DNA of 64,000 nucleotides from Verrucomicrobiota bacterium (GTDB taxonomy: Bacteria > Verrucomicrobiota > Verrucomicrobiia > Limisphaerales > JADLHS01). The DNA is taken from the NCBI GenBank assembly GCA_029573725.1, contig JAKQDQ010000122.1:100156-164155 (forward strand), written 5' to 3'. Made by a program: the position numbers and the translations under genes. The notes beneath the pieces are model-generated. The model did no database searches. It was given only the letters and a program-made list of their open reading frames with translations, and was not told where the DNA came from. Below, one piece after another: positions 1 through 10,190 of the stretch; the stretch's first letter is position 1; each line of letters opens with the position of its first letter.

Positions 1-1
1 C

Positions 2-1570
2 GGGCCGGAAGACTTTGCCGCGATTCGCGCCTGTCTCGAAAGGAGCGCGACCGATCCCTGGCTGCTTCACGCGGGCAGCCTGGCGCTGGTTCGCTGCGGC
101 ACGGAAACCGCGTTGGCGGCGTTGCAGCAAAGCTCGTCACTCCAGACGCGCCTGGCGGCCGTGGTGGGTTTGCGGCGGCTGGCTTCACCCCTGGTTCAGG
201 AATTCCTGCGGGATTCCGATCCGCTGGTGGTGGCGGAGGCCGCGCGCGCAATCAACGATTTGCCGATTGGGGAAGCGCTTCCTGCACTGGCCACGTTGCT
301 GGATCAACGCACCGGGCTCGACCAGCTGCCGGCCGGCGTCACCGAAGCGCCGACGCCGCGCGATGCGATTTTGCGCCGGGTGTTGAATGCCAATTTTCGT
401 CTGGGCACTGCTCCGGCGGCGGTGCGGCTGGCGCGCCTGGCCGCGGCCCCAACCTTCCCGGCGCACCTGCGCGCCGAAGCCCTGAGCCTGCTGGCCGGCT
501 GGGCGCACCCGGACGGCAAGGATTACATCACTGGTTTGTGGCGGCCGCTCCCGCCACGCGCGGCGTTGGATGCCCGCGCAATTCCGCACTTGCTCTTGCC
601 GGCGATGTCATCGGCGCCGGACGAGACCTTCGCGGCGGAATTGTTTGCGCTGGCCGGTGTGAATCAGTGGCGTGAATTCGAAGCTGCCGCCTGGAAACAG
701 TGGCGGACGGTGGAGGCCGGGCCCGAGCTGCGCCTGGCCGCCCTGCAATTGCTGAAGGCGACTGGCGCACCGGGTTACGTGGCCGAATTGAAGGTGGCGC
801 TGGCTTCCGAGGTGGAAGCGATTCGTCTGGCCGCCTTGCGATGGCAGGCGGAAATGGATGAACGCGAACGTTCGTTGGAGGATTTCCGGCAGCGGCTCGA
901 ACTGGGCACGGTGGCGGAGAAGCAAACCGCCTACGCCATTTTGGCAGATTGGGAGAGCGGCGCGGTGGACCAGTTACTGCGGGAGGATCTGGAAAAATTG
1001 CAACAAGGCAAAATTGCGCCAGCCGTGGCGCTGGATTTGTTGGAAGCCGCGGCGCGGCATCCGTCCCCCACGGTCCAGGCCGGCTTGCGCGCCTACCAGC
1101 GGGCCCGGGAGCAACAATCCGTCTTGTCGCAGTTCGCTGAATGTCTGGCTGGCGGCAATGCGCAAAACGGCCGCCGAGTGTTCCGTCACAAAATGGAAGC
1201 GTCTTGCATTCGTTGCCACACTGTGGACGGAGAGGGGGGCGTGGCGGGTCCGGATTTGTCCGGAATCGGCGTCCGGGCGGATCGTCAACAGCTGCTGGAG
1301 TCCATCATTCTGCCCAATGCAACCATTGCCGCTGGGTTTGAAAACGTCCAGGGGCTGCGCAAAAGCGGCGTGGCCTATGCCGGATTGTTGAAGCGCGAGA
1401 CGGACGACAGCATTGAGATTTTGTCGCCGGAAGACGGGCTGGAAACGATCAAAAAGTCGGAGATTGAGACGCGGCAGAATGGACGGTCCGGCATGCCGGA
1501 CAATCTGCGCGAGATGCTGAGCCGGCGGGAGTTGCGCGATCTGGTGGAGTACCTGGCCGGCTTGAAATAA
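2..1570 (+). CDS. HEAT-like repeat protein with a C-terminal mono-haem cytochrome c domain (PVC-type CxxCH haem-binding protein); the 5' end lies outside the window
   Basis: The frame is open from nt 2, and the track start at 113 is a TTG. The N-terminal part is Ala/Leu-rich helical repeats. The C-terminus reads ...GRRVFRHKMEASCIRCHTVDGEGGVAGPDLSGIG... (CxxCH), with a distal GMPDNL. Stop codon at 1568-1570. Confidence 0.7.
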   Translation, partial: GPEDFAAIRACLERSATDPWLLHAGSLALVRCGTETALAALQQSSSLQTRLAAVVGLRRLASPLVQEFLRDSDPLVVAEAARAINDLPIGEALPALATLLDQRTGLDQLPAGVTEAPTPRDAILRRVLNANFRLGTAPAAVRLARLAAAPTFPAHLRAEALSLLAGWAHPDGKDYITGLWRPLPPRAALDARAIPHLLLPAMSSAPDETFAAELFALAGVNQWREFEAAAWKQWRTVEAGPELRLAALQLLKATGAPGYVAELKVALASEVEAIRLAALRWQAEMDERERSLEDFRQRLELGTVAEKQTAYAILADWESGAVDQLLREDLEKLQQGKIAPAVALDLLEAAARHPSPTVQAGLRAYQRAREQQSVLSQFAECLAGGNAQNGRRVFRHKMEASCIRCHTVDGEGGVAGPDLSGIGVRADRQQLLESIILPNATIAAGFENVQGLRKSGVAYAGLLKRETDDSIEILSPEDGLETIKKSEIETRQNGRSGMPDNLREMLSRRELRDLVEYLAGLK

Positions 1571-1587
1571 CCGGACGCAAATAACAA

Positions 1588-1615
1588 CGCGGCGGACTGT
1601 GCCCAATCCGCCGCG
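1588..1615. terminator. GC-rich hairpin between convergent genes (candidate bidirectional terminator)
   Basis: 9-bp stem CGCGGCGGA (1588-1596) / TCCGCCGCG (1607-1615) with a 10-nt loop. It lies in the 66-bp gap between two convergent CDSs. There is no clear U-tract. Confidence 0.4.
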
Positions 1616-1636
1616 CCGGCAAACCGGGAGGCTGGT

Positions 1637-2524
1637 TTAAAACAACTTGGTCAGGGTCAGCGAGAACAAATGACCTTGCGGGCGCTCGACCGCGCCGAAC
1701 TCATAAGCGTAGCGCAGCGAGGTGAAGAGTTTCAGATCGGGCCAGAAGGCGTTCACTTCCGGGCCCACACCGAATTTGCGGTCGCGCTTGTTGGTGGCTG
1801 TCGGGCCGGAGTCCTTGGTGGTTTGCTGTTGGTAATAGCCGATCGCTCCCAGGTCCAGGCCGGGATTCAAGCTTTTGCTGAAGCCCGCCTCCAAGGTGTA
1901 AACCTGGCCGGGGTCAATGTGGGTGTTCTGCTGTTCGTGCGCGAATTCGTACCGGTTCAACAACGAGAGCGCCCAGGTCTTGTCCTGATCCGGATACCAG
2001 GTGGCCCCGAAGGTGAGCATGTGCGACCAGAAGCCCTTGGCGAGAAGATCGGGTTTGCCGATTTCAAAGTCGCCGCTGGGCAGCCAGATGGCGTAACCGG
2101 CCGCCAGGTCGAATTGGGCGAAGTGCCAGGACAGCAGCAGCGGTTCAATTTGAATGTCGCCCAGCCCGAAATCGCTGTCCGAGGTGGCCACCTTCCAGTT
2201 GATTTGTCCGAACGGCACGATCACGTCCATGCCGTAGTTCGCGCCCAGGATTTCCAGATCCGTCATCCAGATGAGGCGGGGGGCGTTCACGTAGGCGAAA
2301 ATGTCGAAGTTGGGAGGACCGTCCTTAAACTTGTTTGCGAAATAAAAGAAGTTGTAGTCGCGGAAGTACACCCCCGGGGGCGGCAAGGACGCCGCTTTGA
2401 TGCCTTCCGCTCCCGCAGGGTAATGCCCGGCCACGATGGGTTGGGCGGGTGCGAGGGTGACGCTGCCGAGCCAGGCGATGCCGCCGAGGGCAACGCAACT
2501 TTTGATGAATTTAGATGGGTTCAT
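1637..2524 (-). CDS. outer-membrane beta-barrel protein, MetA-pathway/phenol-degradation-like transporter family (tentative)
   Basis: 295 aa with signal peptide MNPSKFIKSCVALGGIAWLGSVTLAPAQ. It shows an amphipathic strand pattern rich in aromatics and ends ...LTLTKLF; a terminal Phe is typical of OMPs. Confidence 0.55.
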   Translation of the reverse strand: MNPSKFIKSCVALGGIAWLGSVTLAPAQPIVAGHYPAGAEGIKAASLPPPGVYFRDYNFFYFANKFKDGPPNFDIFAYVNAPRLIWMTDLEILGANYGMDVIVPFGQINWKVATSDSDFGLGDIQIEPLLLSWHFAQFDLAAGYAIWLPSGDFEIGKPDLLAKGFWSHMLTFGATWYPDQDKTWALSLLNRYEFAHEQQNTHIDPGQVYTLEAGFSKSLNPGLDLGAIGYYQQQTTKDSGPTATNKRDRKFGVGPEVNAFWPDLKLFTSLRYAYEFGAVERPQGHLFSLTLTKLF

Positions 2525-2539
2525 GATTTGGATTTGCGT

Positions 2540-3847
2540 TTAAACATTTTGGAGTTTGCCGGCGAAATAACTTTCATATGCAGTCAGATCCAGCAGACCG
2601 TGTCCGGACAGATTGAACAGCAGCACCTGTTTCTGCCCGGTTTCCCGGCAACGTTCCGCTTCCTTGATCACGGCGGCGATGGCGTGGGAGGATTCGGGCG
2701 CGGGAACAATGCCCTCATGCCGGGCAAAGGCCACCGCCGCCTCAAACGCCTGCGTCTGCGGATATGCCTCGGCTTCGATCAGTCCCAGCTTCAGTGCGTG
2801 GCTGACCATCGGGGACATGCCGTGATAGCGCAGTCCCCCGGCGTGGATGGGGGGCGGCATGAATTGGTGTCCGAGGGTGTACATTTTCAGCAGGGGCGTG
2901 GTTTCCGCCGTGTCGCCGAAATCATAACGCAATTCCCCCTTGGTCAGGGTGGGGCAAGCCTCGGGTTCGACGCCCACGACGCGGTATTTTTTGCCCTCCT
3001 TGATTTTCCGGTGCAGGAACGGGAAAACCAGACCGGCAAAGTTGCTGCCGCCTCCGCAACAGCCGAAGATCACGTCCGGCTCCTCGCCGGCCATTTCCAT
3101 CTGTCTGATGCTTTCCTGGCCGATAACCGATTGGTGGAGGCACACGTGGTTCAGGACGCTGCCCAGGGAGTATTTCGTGTGCGGATGTTTGACGGTGTCT
3201 TCGATGGCCTCGCTGATTGCGATGCCGAGGCTGCCCGGACAATGGGGGTCTTCCGCGAGCAACTTGCGGCCATAGTGCGTTTGGTTGCTGGGACTGGGAT
3301 GCACGGTGGCGCCCCAGGTTTGCATCAGCAGGCGCCGATACGGTTTGGTGTCGTGGCTCACCTTGACCATGTACACGTTGCATTCAAGACCAAAGAAGCT
3401 GCAGGCCAGCGCGAGTGAAGAACCCCACTGCCCGGCACCGGTTTCGGTCGCCAGGCGTTTTGTCCCGGCTTCTTTGTTGAAGAAGACCTGGGGCACGGAG
3501 GTGTTGACCTTGTGGCTGCCGGCCGGGCTGGCCCCCTCGTATTTGTAGTAGATGTGCGCGGGGGTCTGGAGCGCGCGCTCGAGACGGACGGCCCGCAACA
3601 GCGGGGTGGGGCGCCAGAGCGCGTAAATTTCGCGAACCGGTTTGGGAACCTCAATCCAGCGTTCCGCGGAAATTTCCTGTTCGATGAGATTGCGCGGAAA
3701 AATGGCCTCGAGCGCATCCGGCGGCATGGGTTCTTTGGTCCCCGGATGGAGCGGTGGCGGCAGGGGTTCGGGGAAGTCCGCGTTGAGGTTGTACCAGGCG
3801 GACGGAATATCCGCCTGCGTCAGGGTGAAGCTGGTTTTTTGGCTCAT
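2540..3847 (-). CDS. trpB: TrpB2-type tryptophan synthase beta-like PLP enzyme
   Basis: 435 aa. The long N-terminal extension ...[25 protein letters not shown]... and [17 protein letters not shown] (PLP lysine region) are typical of the TrpB2 class. No other trp genes are adjacent. Confidence 0.85.
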   Translation of the reverse strand: MSQKTSFTLTQADIPSAWYNLNADFPEPLPPPLHPGTKEPMPPDALEAIFPRNLIEQEISAERWIEVPKPVREIYALWRPTPLLRAVRLERALQTPAHIYYKYEGASPAGSHKVNTSVPQVFFNKEAGTKRLATETGAGQWGSSLALACSFFGLECNVYMVKVSHDTKPYRRLLMQTWGATVHPSPSNQTHYGRKLLAEDPHCPGSLGIAISEAIEDTVKHPHTKYSLGSVLNHVCLHQSVIGQESIRQMEMAGEEPDVIFGCCGGGSNFAGLVFPFLHRKIKEGKKYRVVGVEPEACPTLTKGELRYDFGDTAETTPLLKMYTLGHQFMPPPIHAGGLRYHGMSPMVSHALKLGLIEAEAYPQTQAFEAAVAFARHEGIVPAPESSHAIAAVIKEAERCRETGQKQVLLFNLSGHGLLDLTAYESYFAGKLQNV

Positions 3848-3941
3848 AAGTGTGGTTTGATAAAATTCATCCGAATGGTCAGCCTGTGCCGCTCACTCTG
3901 GATGAATAGAGGGTAACCAGAAGCCGCCGCAACGCAACCCT

Positions 3942-6383
3942 TTACCGCAACTCCGCCGATAAATTTGTTTTGAGGGCCGCCAGTACGGTTTCGTGGGCGG
4001 TATTGACTTCGACTTCAGTCAAGGTCCGGTCGCGGCCGCGATAGGTCAGCGCGTAAGCCAGGCTCTTGCGGCCGGCAGGAACATTCTTGCCGCGGAAAAC
4101 ATCGAACAGTTCGACAGATTCCAGGTGTGGCGCCTTGGCGCCCCGGACGGTCTGCAAGACTTCGTCATGCGTTACGGTTTCCGGCACAAACATCGCCACA
4201 TCCCGACGGCTGGCCGGGTATGGCGGCAGGGGTTTGAACGATTTCACCGGATTCCGCCGGGCGAGGAGTTGATCCAGATTTAGTTCCGCCAGCAGCACGA
4301 CATCCCGTAAATCGTATTTTCGGGCCAAGATTGGGGAGAGCACCCCCAATTCGCCCAGGGGCAATCTGCCGCCGAGGGTGATGGTGGCCGATTCGAGGAA
4401 GAAGTCCGTGGCGGTTTCACGCCGCGCGTACACCGCGCCCCGGAGTCCCAGTTGTTCGAGCAATTCCGTCACGATTCCTTTCAAGTCGGCCGCATCCAGA
4501 GTGGCGTCCCGTTCCGCACCGCTCCAAAAATGGGGAGTGCGCCGGCCGGTCAAGGCGATGGCGACGCGGCGCTCCTCATGTGCGCGGCCATCACGCCTGA
4601 AAAATACCCGCCCGATCTCAAACAATCGGACGTCGTAATTTTTGCGCGTCACGTTGTGCCGCAGGGAGTGCAGCAAACCCGGCAGCAGGCCGGGGCGGAG
4701 CACATCCATGTCCGCGCTGAGCGGATTGGTCAGTGCCACAATGGCGGCCGGAGGAATGTCCCGTACTTCCGCGCGGCCGATCAAGGTCTGCCCTTGCGCC
4801 TCATCCAGTCCGGCGGCGGTGAGGATGCGGCGCACTTCCGCGAGCTGATCGTAAACGGCATCGAACGCGTTTGTTCCGATCGCGCCGCGTGGCGCGGTGG
4901 CCGCGGTTTTTTCCAGGCCATGCAAGCGCTCAATTTCTTCAATCAAATCCGTTTCGTGTTTGATGTCCACCCGCCAGCTTGGGGTCGCGACGGTGACGGA
5001 GTCGTCGGTTTGTTTGAGAGCGGTGAAGCCGAGCCGCCCCAGCAGGGCGGTTTGTTGCGTTGCAGGGATGGAAATGCCCAGAAGCGCGTTGGTGCGGGCG
5101 AACCGGAGCGTCACCGCGGGGGCGGGCGGGATTGAGGCCCTGGCCTCGACCACCCCGGCGGCCAGGCGGCCGCCAGCCGTTTCCAGGATCAGTTGCGCCG
5201 CGCGGCGACTGGCCCAATCACACATGGCTTCATCCGCACCGCGTTCAAAACGATAACTGGATTCGCTGCGCAGTCCGAGCTGCTTGCTCGTGCGCCGAAT
5301 CTGTGTCGGGGCGAAATAGGCGCTTTCCAGCAGTACATCCACGGTCTGAGGGTTAATTTCGGTGTTGGCGCCACCCATGATGCCGGCGAGCGCAATCCCC
5401 TTTTGGGGGTCGGCGATCAACAACATGGTGTCCTGCAACGTATGTTCCTGGCCGTCGAGCGTCCGGAATTTTTCCGCCGGCCCGGCGCGGCGGACGAGGA
5501 TCATTGGTTGTCCGTCCCCGCCTTTGGCAATCAGGTGATAGTCAAAAGCGTGCAAGGGTTGGCCGGTTTCCAGCATTACGAAATTGGTTACGTCCACCAC
5601 GTTGTTGATGCTGCGCAGGCCGACTTTTTCCAGCGTGTTTTTCAGCCAGTCGGGGCTGGGGCCGATGGTGACGCCCTGGATGACCCGCGCGGTGTAGCGC
5701 GGGCAGAGCTCCGGGGCCGCAACATGCACGGCCACCAATGCGGCCGCGGCGGTCTCCGCCGCAGGCGGGGCCGGCGGTGGCCACGGGAGTGCGGGCAGTT
5801 GGAGTGGAACCCCGGCCCTGGCGGCAATCTCGCGCGCGATGCCGATGACGCTGTTGAGGTCGGGCCGGTTCGGGGTGACCTCGAGGTCAAAGACCACGTC
5901 GCCACTGCTGCGGCCGAGATATGCGTCGAAGGATTGCCCCACCGGCGCGTCCGGACGCAAGATCAGCAAGCCGTCCGCCTCGTCGGACAAGCCCAGTTCC
6001 CGCGGGGAACACATCATGCCTTGTGATTCGACACCCCGGATTTTTCCGACTTTGATGATGTGCGGCGTTTTTTCGCCAGGTTGCAGGGGCAGGGAAGCGC
6101 CCGGAAGAATCAGCGGGACCTTGTCCCCGGCCTGGAAATTTTGCGCGCCGCAAACGATCTGACGTTCCGTCGTGCCGTCATTGACGCGGCAAAGGGAGAG
6201 CTTGTCGGCGTTGGGATGTTTGTCGCGGGTGAGGACTTGCGCGACGACGATGCCGTGGAAGGCTCCTGCGAGCTTTTGCACTCCTTCCACTTCCAAGCCG
6301 AGCATGGTCAGTTGCTCGACGGTTGTTTCGACGGACCAGTTGAAATCAACGTATTGTTTGAGCCAGTTGAGCGTAACCTTCAT
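3942..6383 (-). CDS. pheT: phenylalanine--tRNA ligase beta subunit
   Basis: 813 aa starting MKVTLNWLKQYV... It has a tRNA-binding OB domain (HPNADKLSLCRV), B3/4 and B5 domains, and a C-terminal FDX-ACB domain (...FDVFRGKNVPAGRKSLAYALTYR). Confidence 0.95.
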   Translation of the reverse strand: MKVTLNWLKQYVDFNWSVETTVEQLTMLGLEVEGVQKLAGAFHGIVVAQVLTRDKHPNADKLSLCRVNDGTTERQIVCGAQNFQAGDKVPLILPGASLPLQPGEKTPHIIKVGKIRGVESQGMMCSPRELGLSDEADGLLILRPDAPVGQSFDAYLGRSSGDVVFDLEVTPNRPDLNSVIGIAREIAARAGVPLQLPALPWPPPAPPAAETAAAALVAVHVAAPELCPRYTARVIQGVTIGPSPDWLKNTLEKVGLRSINNVVDVTNFVMLETGQPLHAFDYHLIAKGGDGQPMILVRRAGPAEKFRTLDGQEHTLQDTMLLIADPQKGIALAGIMGGANTEINPQTVDVLLESAYFAPTQIRRTSKQLGLRSESSYRFERGADEAMCDWASRRAAQLILETAGGRLAAGVVEARASIPPAPAVTLRFARTNALLGISIPATQQTALLGRLGFTALKQTDDSVTVATPSWRVDIKHETDLIEEIERLHGLEKTAATAPRGAIGTNAFDAVYDQLAEVRRILTAAGLDEAQGQTLIGRAEVRDIPPAAIVALTNPLSADMDVLRPGLLPGLLHSLRHNVTRKNYDVRLFEIGRVFFRRDGRAHEERRVAIALTGRRTPHFWSGAERDATLDAADLKGIVTELLEQLGLRGAVYARRETATDFFLESATITLGGRLPLGELGVLSPILARKYDLRDVVLLAELNLDQLLARRNPVKSFKPLPPYPASRRDVAMFVPETVTHDEVLQTVRGAKAPHLESVELFDVFRGKNVPAGRKSLAYALTYRGRDRTLTEVEVNTAHETVLAALKTNLSAELR

Positions 6384-6623
6384 TTTGCGCGAAAAGAGCC
6401 TCGGAAGAACACCCTGTCATTTCGAGGCGAGACAGAGTATCAGCCGGCATTGGCCAGAGCCAATCAATTCAATCGGAGGTTCGGCCGGGAGGAAGGCCGG
6501 GTTTCGCCATCCCACAATGGGAGCGGGGCGTGCTCCGCCGGCGGCAGCAAACGCGCCGGGCCATGCCCCGAGCCAGCCTCCCGCCGCCGCAAGGTTGGGG
6601 CGGAGAGGAGAACGTAGTTGCGC

Positions 6624-7553
6624 CTATTTGAAAGCCGTCGCGATCGGACGTCCCCATAGGGATTCCGGCAGGGGCACTTTCAGCAGCCAAAGGGCGGTGG
6701 CGGCGGTGTCGTAAGTGGATACTGCTGAAGTGATCGTGAAGTTCTTTTTGACGCCCTTGCCCCAGATGACCCAGGGAATCGTGACATCTTCAGGCGCGGT
6801 GCTGCCGTGGGAGCCGACCGTTTTTCCCTCCTTGTTCTGGCTGTCGTGGCTGCCGTGATCCGCCGTCAGGATGAAAACGCTTTGATCCAGAACTCCCGCG
6901 GCTTTTACGGCGTCGCGGATCATTGCCAGCGCCTGATCACACTCTTTCAAGGCCTGGATTTTTTCCGGCGAATAAGCGCCGGTGCGATGGCCGACGGAAT
7001 CCGGATCGCGGAAGTGGATAAAGCAGACGTTGGGCTTGATTTGATCAAAATTGGCAACGAAAGCTTGCGCCACCGCGCGCGCATCATCCTCCGGTTGCGG
7101 CCAGATGAATTTGTCCACCGAACCGGGCCGGTCCAGGTGGCGAAATTTCTCCTTGGCGACGAACATGGCGGTTTTCAGTCCCCGCGCCTTGGCCAGGCTG
7201 AAAATTGTCGGGACCGAAACCGTGCCCTGGTTCGGTTCGTAGCCGTTCCAAGTAACTTGGTGTTTCTGAATGCCGACACCTGTGAGCATCGACGTATGCG
7301 AAGGCAGGGTGATGCTGGGCACGATGGTGTAAGCCTCCCAGGTATGCGCACCTTCCGTCACCATTTGATGGATCGTCGGCAGGTCGGTTCGCTTGAGCAG
7401 GGCGGGATTGCCCTGATCGAAACTAACAATAAAAACATAATGAACAGGCGGTGGTTTCGCCGCAGGCACGGCCTGAAGACCCAGGGTGAGGAGGAGAATT
7501 ACGAGCCAGCGCAGCGGGTTTTGTGAATTGCGTCCCAAAATCATTCCGAACAA
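6624..7553 (-). CDS. secreted alkaline-phosphatase-superfamily enzyme (type I phosphodiesterase / nucleotide pyrophosphatase-like)
   Basis: Signal peptide present. FIVSFDQGNP, ITLPSHTSMLTG (Thr nucleophile region), DPDSVGH and TADHGSHD match NPP-type metal-site motifs. Confidence 0.75.
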   Translation of the reverse strand: MFGMILGRNSQNPLRWLVILLLTLGLQAVPAAKPPPVHYVFIVSFDQGNPALLKRTDLPTIHQMVTEGAHTWEAYTIVPSITLPSHTSMLTGVGIQKHQVTWNGYEPNQGTVSVPTIFSLAKARGLKTAMFVAKEKFRHLDRPGSVDKFIWPQPEDDARAVAQAFVANFDQIKPNVCFIHFRDPDSVGHRTGAYSPEKIQALKECDQALAMIRDAVKAAGVLDQSVFILTADHGSHDSQNKEGKTVGSHGSTAPEDVTIPWVIWGKGVKKNFTITSAVSTYDTAATALWLLKVPLPESLWGRPIATAFK

Positions 7554-7845
7554 CGACGAAAGATTGCCGGTAAATATTCATTTTAAAACCTGAAAGTTTT
7601 CTGAGACCACCCTGCCGTATGCGGCCGGCGACGGAGCCGGGCAAAATGGTGTGGTCCGGGTGCTGTCATTGCCGTCAGGCGTTGCGCTACGGGCGGAGGC
7701 AGGTTCCGGTTTGCGCCGGGAGACCCGCTTCCTTTGAGCCCAGGTTCCGGGTCGGCCGACGCGTGGCCGGCGTCGCCAAAGCTCCGATCACAAATCACGT
7801 CGTTTCCGATTGGTTTTTCGGACCGGCATTTGGTTAACTGTTGGC

Positions 7846-8508
7846 ATGCAGGTTCGGCAGGCACGGTTGCAGCGGCGCACCAAAGAAACCCAAATTAGCG
7901 TTCAACTGAGGTTGGACGGCTCGGGACAGGCTTCCATCCAGACGGGGATTCCGTTCTTTGACCACATGCTGACGCTCTTTGCGAAGCATGCGGTGGTGGA
8001 CCTCAGACTGCGCTGCAAGGGAGATTTGGAGGTGGACGCGCACCACACGGTTGAGGATTGCGGGCTGGCCTTGGGACAAGCGGTTTTGCAGGCTTTGGGA
8101 GACAAAAAGGGACTCCGTCGCTACGGGACTGGCTTTCATCCCCGAAATCCATTTGCCGGCGAGGCCTATCTGCCCATGGACGAATGTCTGGCTCGCTGCG
8201 TTATCGATTTCGGCGGCAGACCCTGTCTGGTCTGGCGCGGTTTGGACAAGCACGCCTACCGGCGACTTTCCCAAGTGGAGCGGCAGCAGGACATGTCCAG
8301 TTCATTTCGATTTGGTCTGGCGCGCGAGTTTTTTCAGGCGTTTGCGAATGAATCCCGATGCAATTTGCACCTGGAATTGCTTTATGGAGAAGAGCCGCAT
8401 CACATCGTTGAGGCGCTTTTCAAGGCGTTTGCCAAGGCGGTGGATGCCGCCGTTCAAAGGGATTCACGCATCCGCGCGCAAATTCCCAGCACGAAAGGCC
8501 GGCTTTGA
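7846..8508 (+). CDS. hisB: imidazoleglycerol-phosphate dehydratase
   Basis: RRTKETQISVQL..., IPFFDHMLTLF, DAHHTVEDCGLALGQA and ...IPSTKGRL. I start it at the ATG at 7846 (MQVRQARL) rather than the upstream track start at 7810. Confidence 0.9.
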   Translation: MQVRQARLQRRTKETQISVQLRLDGSGQASIQTGIPFFDHMLTLFAKHAVVDLRLRCKGDLEVDAHHTVEDCGLALGQAVLQALGDKKGLRRYGTGFHPRNPFAGEAYLPMDECLARCVIDFGGRPCLVWRGLDKHAYRRLSQVERQQDMSSSFRFGLAREFFQAFANESRCNLHLELLYGEEPHHIVEALFKAFAKAVDAAVQRDSRIRAQIPSTKGRL

Positions 8509-8554
8509 AGCGGCTGAATAAATCCATGGTCAACCCGTCAAACCAAGGGCCGTA

Positions 8555-9139
8555 ATGGATCATTCCACCGCGACTGATGATGCCCTGGTCCGGTTCGCAC
8601 GAAACGGCGACATGGCAGCATTTGAGGAACTGGTGGCACGCCATCGGGACAAGCTGTATGCGCGTGCCTACACGATGATGCGGAATGAGGATGAGGCGAT
8701 TGATCTTTCTCAAGAGGCATGGGTGAAGGGATGGCAGCGGTTGGCGCAATTTCAAGGTGAATCCAGCTTTGCCACATGGATGACCCGGATCGTCATCAAT
8801 CTTTGCCTGGATCAACTTCGGAAACGAAAACGTCAACGCGCGGAATCCATTGAAGCCATGGATGAGGAATCCGGCGGGGTGGAGCGGCAGATGCCAATTG
8901 TCATGGTCAACCCCGCGGCAGGACTGGAACGCGAAGATTTGCGAAGTCGCATTGATGAAGCGCTGGGAAAGCTGACGGAAACTCATCGAACGGTGCTGGT
9001 ATTGCACGAGTTCGAGCAGATGGAATATAAAAATATTGCGAAAATCATGAACTGTTCGATCGGCACCGTGATGTCGCGCCTGTTTTACGCACGACGGAAG
9101 ATGGCGGCATTGTTACAGGATTTAAAGAAGGCTGGGTAG
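8555..9139 (+). CDS. ECF-type RNA polymerase sigma-70 family factor
   Basis: 194 aa. Region 2 is ...YARAYTMMRNEDEAIDLSQEAWVKGW. The region 4 HTH is ...LHEFEQMEYKNIAKIMNCSIGTVMSRLFYARRKM. Confidence 0.85.
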   Translation: MDHSTATDDALVRFARNGDMAAFEELVARHRDKLYARAYTMMRNEDEAIDLSQEAWVKGWQRLAQFQGESSFATWMTRIVINLCLDQLRKRKRQRAESIEAMDEESGGVERQMPIVMVNPAAGLEREDLRSRIDEALGKLTETHRTVLVLHEFEQMEYKNIAKIMNCSIGTVMSRLFYARRKMAALLQDLKKAG

Positions 9140-9141
9140 AA

Positions 9142-9645
9142 ATGATGAAAACAGAAATGCAGTTGAAGTTGCAGGCCTACTTGGATGGCGAATTGCCGGC
9201 CAGCGAAAGCCGGGGCGTTCGTGATTTGTTGGCCAACGACCGCGAGGCGCGCGAACTGCTTACGGAACTGTCCCAAACCCGGGATTTGATCGCGGCGCAT
9301 GAGGCGGGCGTCAAGCTGCCCGAAACCCGGGAGTTTTACTGGGCCAAAATTCAACGCGCCATCGCCCCGGAGTCGCAAGGCGGACGGCAACGTTCCCCAG
9401 GGGTTCCGTTGCTCGGCTGGTGGCGGCGAATTCTCGTGTCCGCCGGGGCGGTTGCGGCTGTGGCCATTGCCGTCCTGTTGAGCTGGTCGCATGCGACCGG
9501 CGGCAGCGACGCCGTGACCATTTCGGACGGGGCGACCTTGTTTACTTACCGCAACTACGCCACGGACACGACGTTGGTCTGGCTGGACTATGGCTCAGGA
9601 ACCGACTTTTCCAACGACAGTGAAGGTGCTAAACTCACCCCTTGA
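9142..9645 (+). CDS. anti-sigma factor (single-pass membrane protein)
   Basis: It starts 2 nt after the sigma-factor stop. The N-terminus ...LQAYLDGELPASE...ARELL is typical of zf-HC2-like anti-sigma domains. It has a central TM segment (ILVSAGAVAAVAIAVLL). Confidence 0.6.
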   Translation: MMKTEMQLKLQAYLDGELPASESRGVRDLLANDREARELLTELSQTRDLIAAHEAGVKLPETREFYWAKIQRAIAPESQGGRQRSPGVPLLGWWRRILVSAGAVAAVAIAVLLSWSHATGGSDAVTISDGATLFTYRNYATDTTLVWLDYGSGTDFSNDSEGAKLTP

Positions 9646-10116
9646 ATGAACTGGGCATCCGTTTTCAGCAAGGTTTGGCTTTGGGGAGGGCTGGTGTGCG
9701 CCGGCGCATGGGGTTTTGAATCCACGGTTGTCGCAGCGGAAACAAAATTCGAGGTGCAACTGGTCTGGGCGACCAATGATGAAAAACCCCCGAACGACCG
9801 GTACCAACCCGCTGATGAGGCCACCCAGAAGCGGCTGGAAAGCCTTGGGTTGAAATGGAAAAACTTCTTCGTCGTCAGAAAAAGCGAGTTCGAGACGAAA
9901 AATGGTGAGTCCGGGCGGATTACTGTCAGTGAAAAATCCTCGATTGCGGTGAAATTGCTGGCGCACAAAAAGGCGGAAATCATTTTCTACGGCCAGCAGG
10001 GTGAAGAATGCAGCCGACGCGTGCAACGTTTCAGGGTGGGCGAGGTCCTCGTCCACGGAGGCAACGTCCCGGAAAACGCGACAGCCTGGTTGATCACCCT
10101 GAAACGGCTCAATTGA
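9646..10116 (+). CDS. hypothetical secreted protein, third gene of the sigma/anti-sigma operon
   Basis: Its ATG directly abuts the upstream TGA (TGAATG). It has a signal peptide (VWLWGGLVCAGAWG). I recognise no family. Confidence 0.4.
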   Translation: MNWASVFSKVWLWGGLVCAGAWGFESTVVAAETKFEVQLVWATNDEKPPNDRYQPADEATQKRLESLGLKWKNFFVVRKSEFETKNGESGRITVSEKSSIAVKLLAHKKAEIIFYGQQGEECSRRVQRFRVGEVLVHGGNVPENATAWLITLKRLN

Positions 10117-10190
10117 CCGCATCGTTTGTCCGTCGCCAAAAATTCCATTTGTGAATTTGCCCGGACTCCGTAATCTCCCCTTCGGATTTT

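Noticed and set aside
8228-8324. A 12-nt direct repeat TGGTCTGGCGCG (8228-8239 and 8313-8324) flanking an extra segment in HisB, possibly a target-site duplication.
   Set aside because: The copies are 85 nt apart, which is not a multiple of 3, and are read in different frames. A repeat of this length is within chance expectation for GC-rich DNA, and there are no inverted repeats or other element features between them.
10117-10190. A possible glycine riboswitch upstream of gcvH.
   Set aside because: The spacer is only 74 nt and lacks the conserved glycine-aptamer core sequences I know. Glycine riboswitches normally precede gcvT operons.
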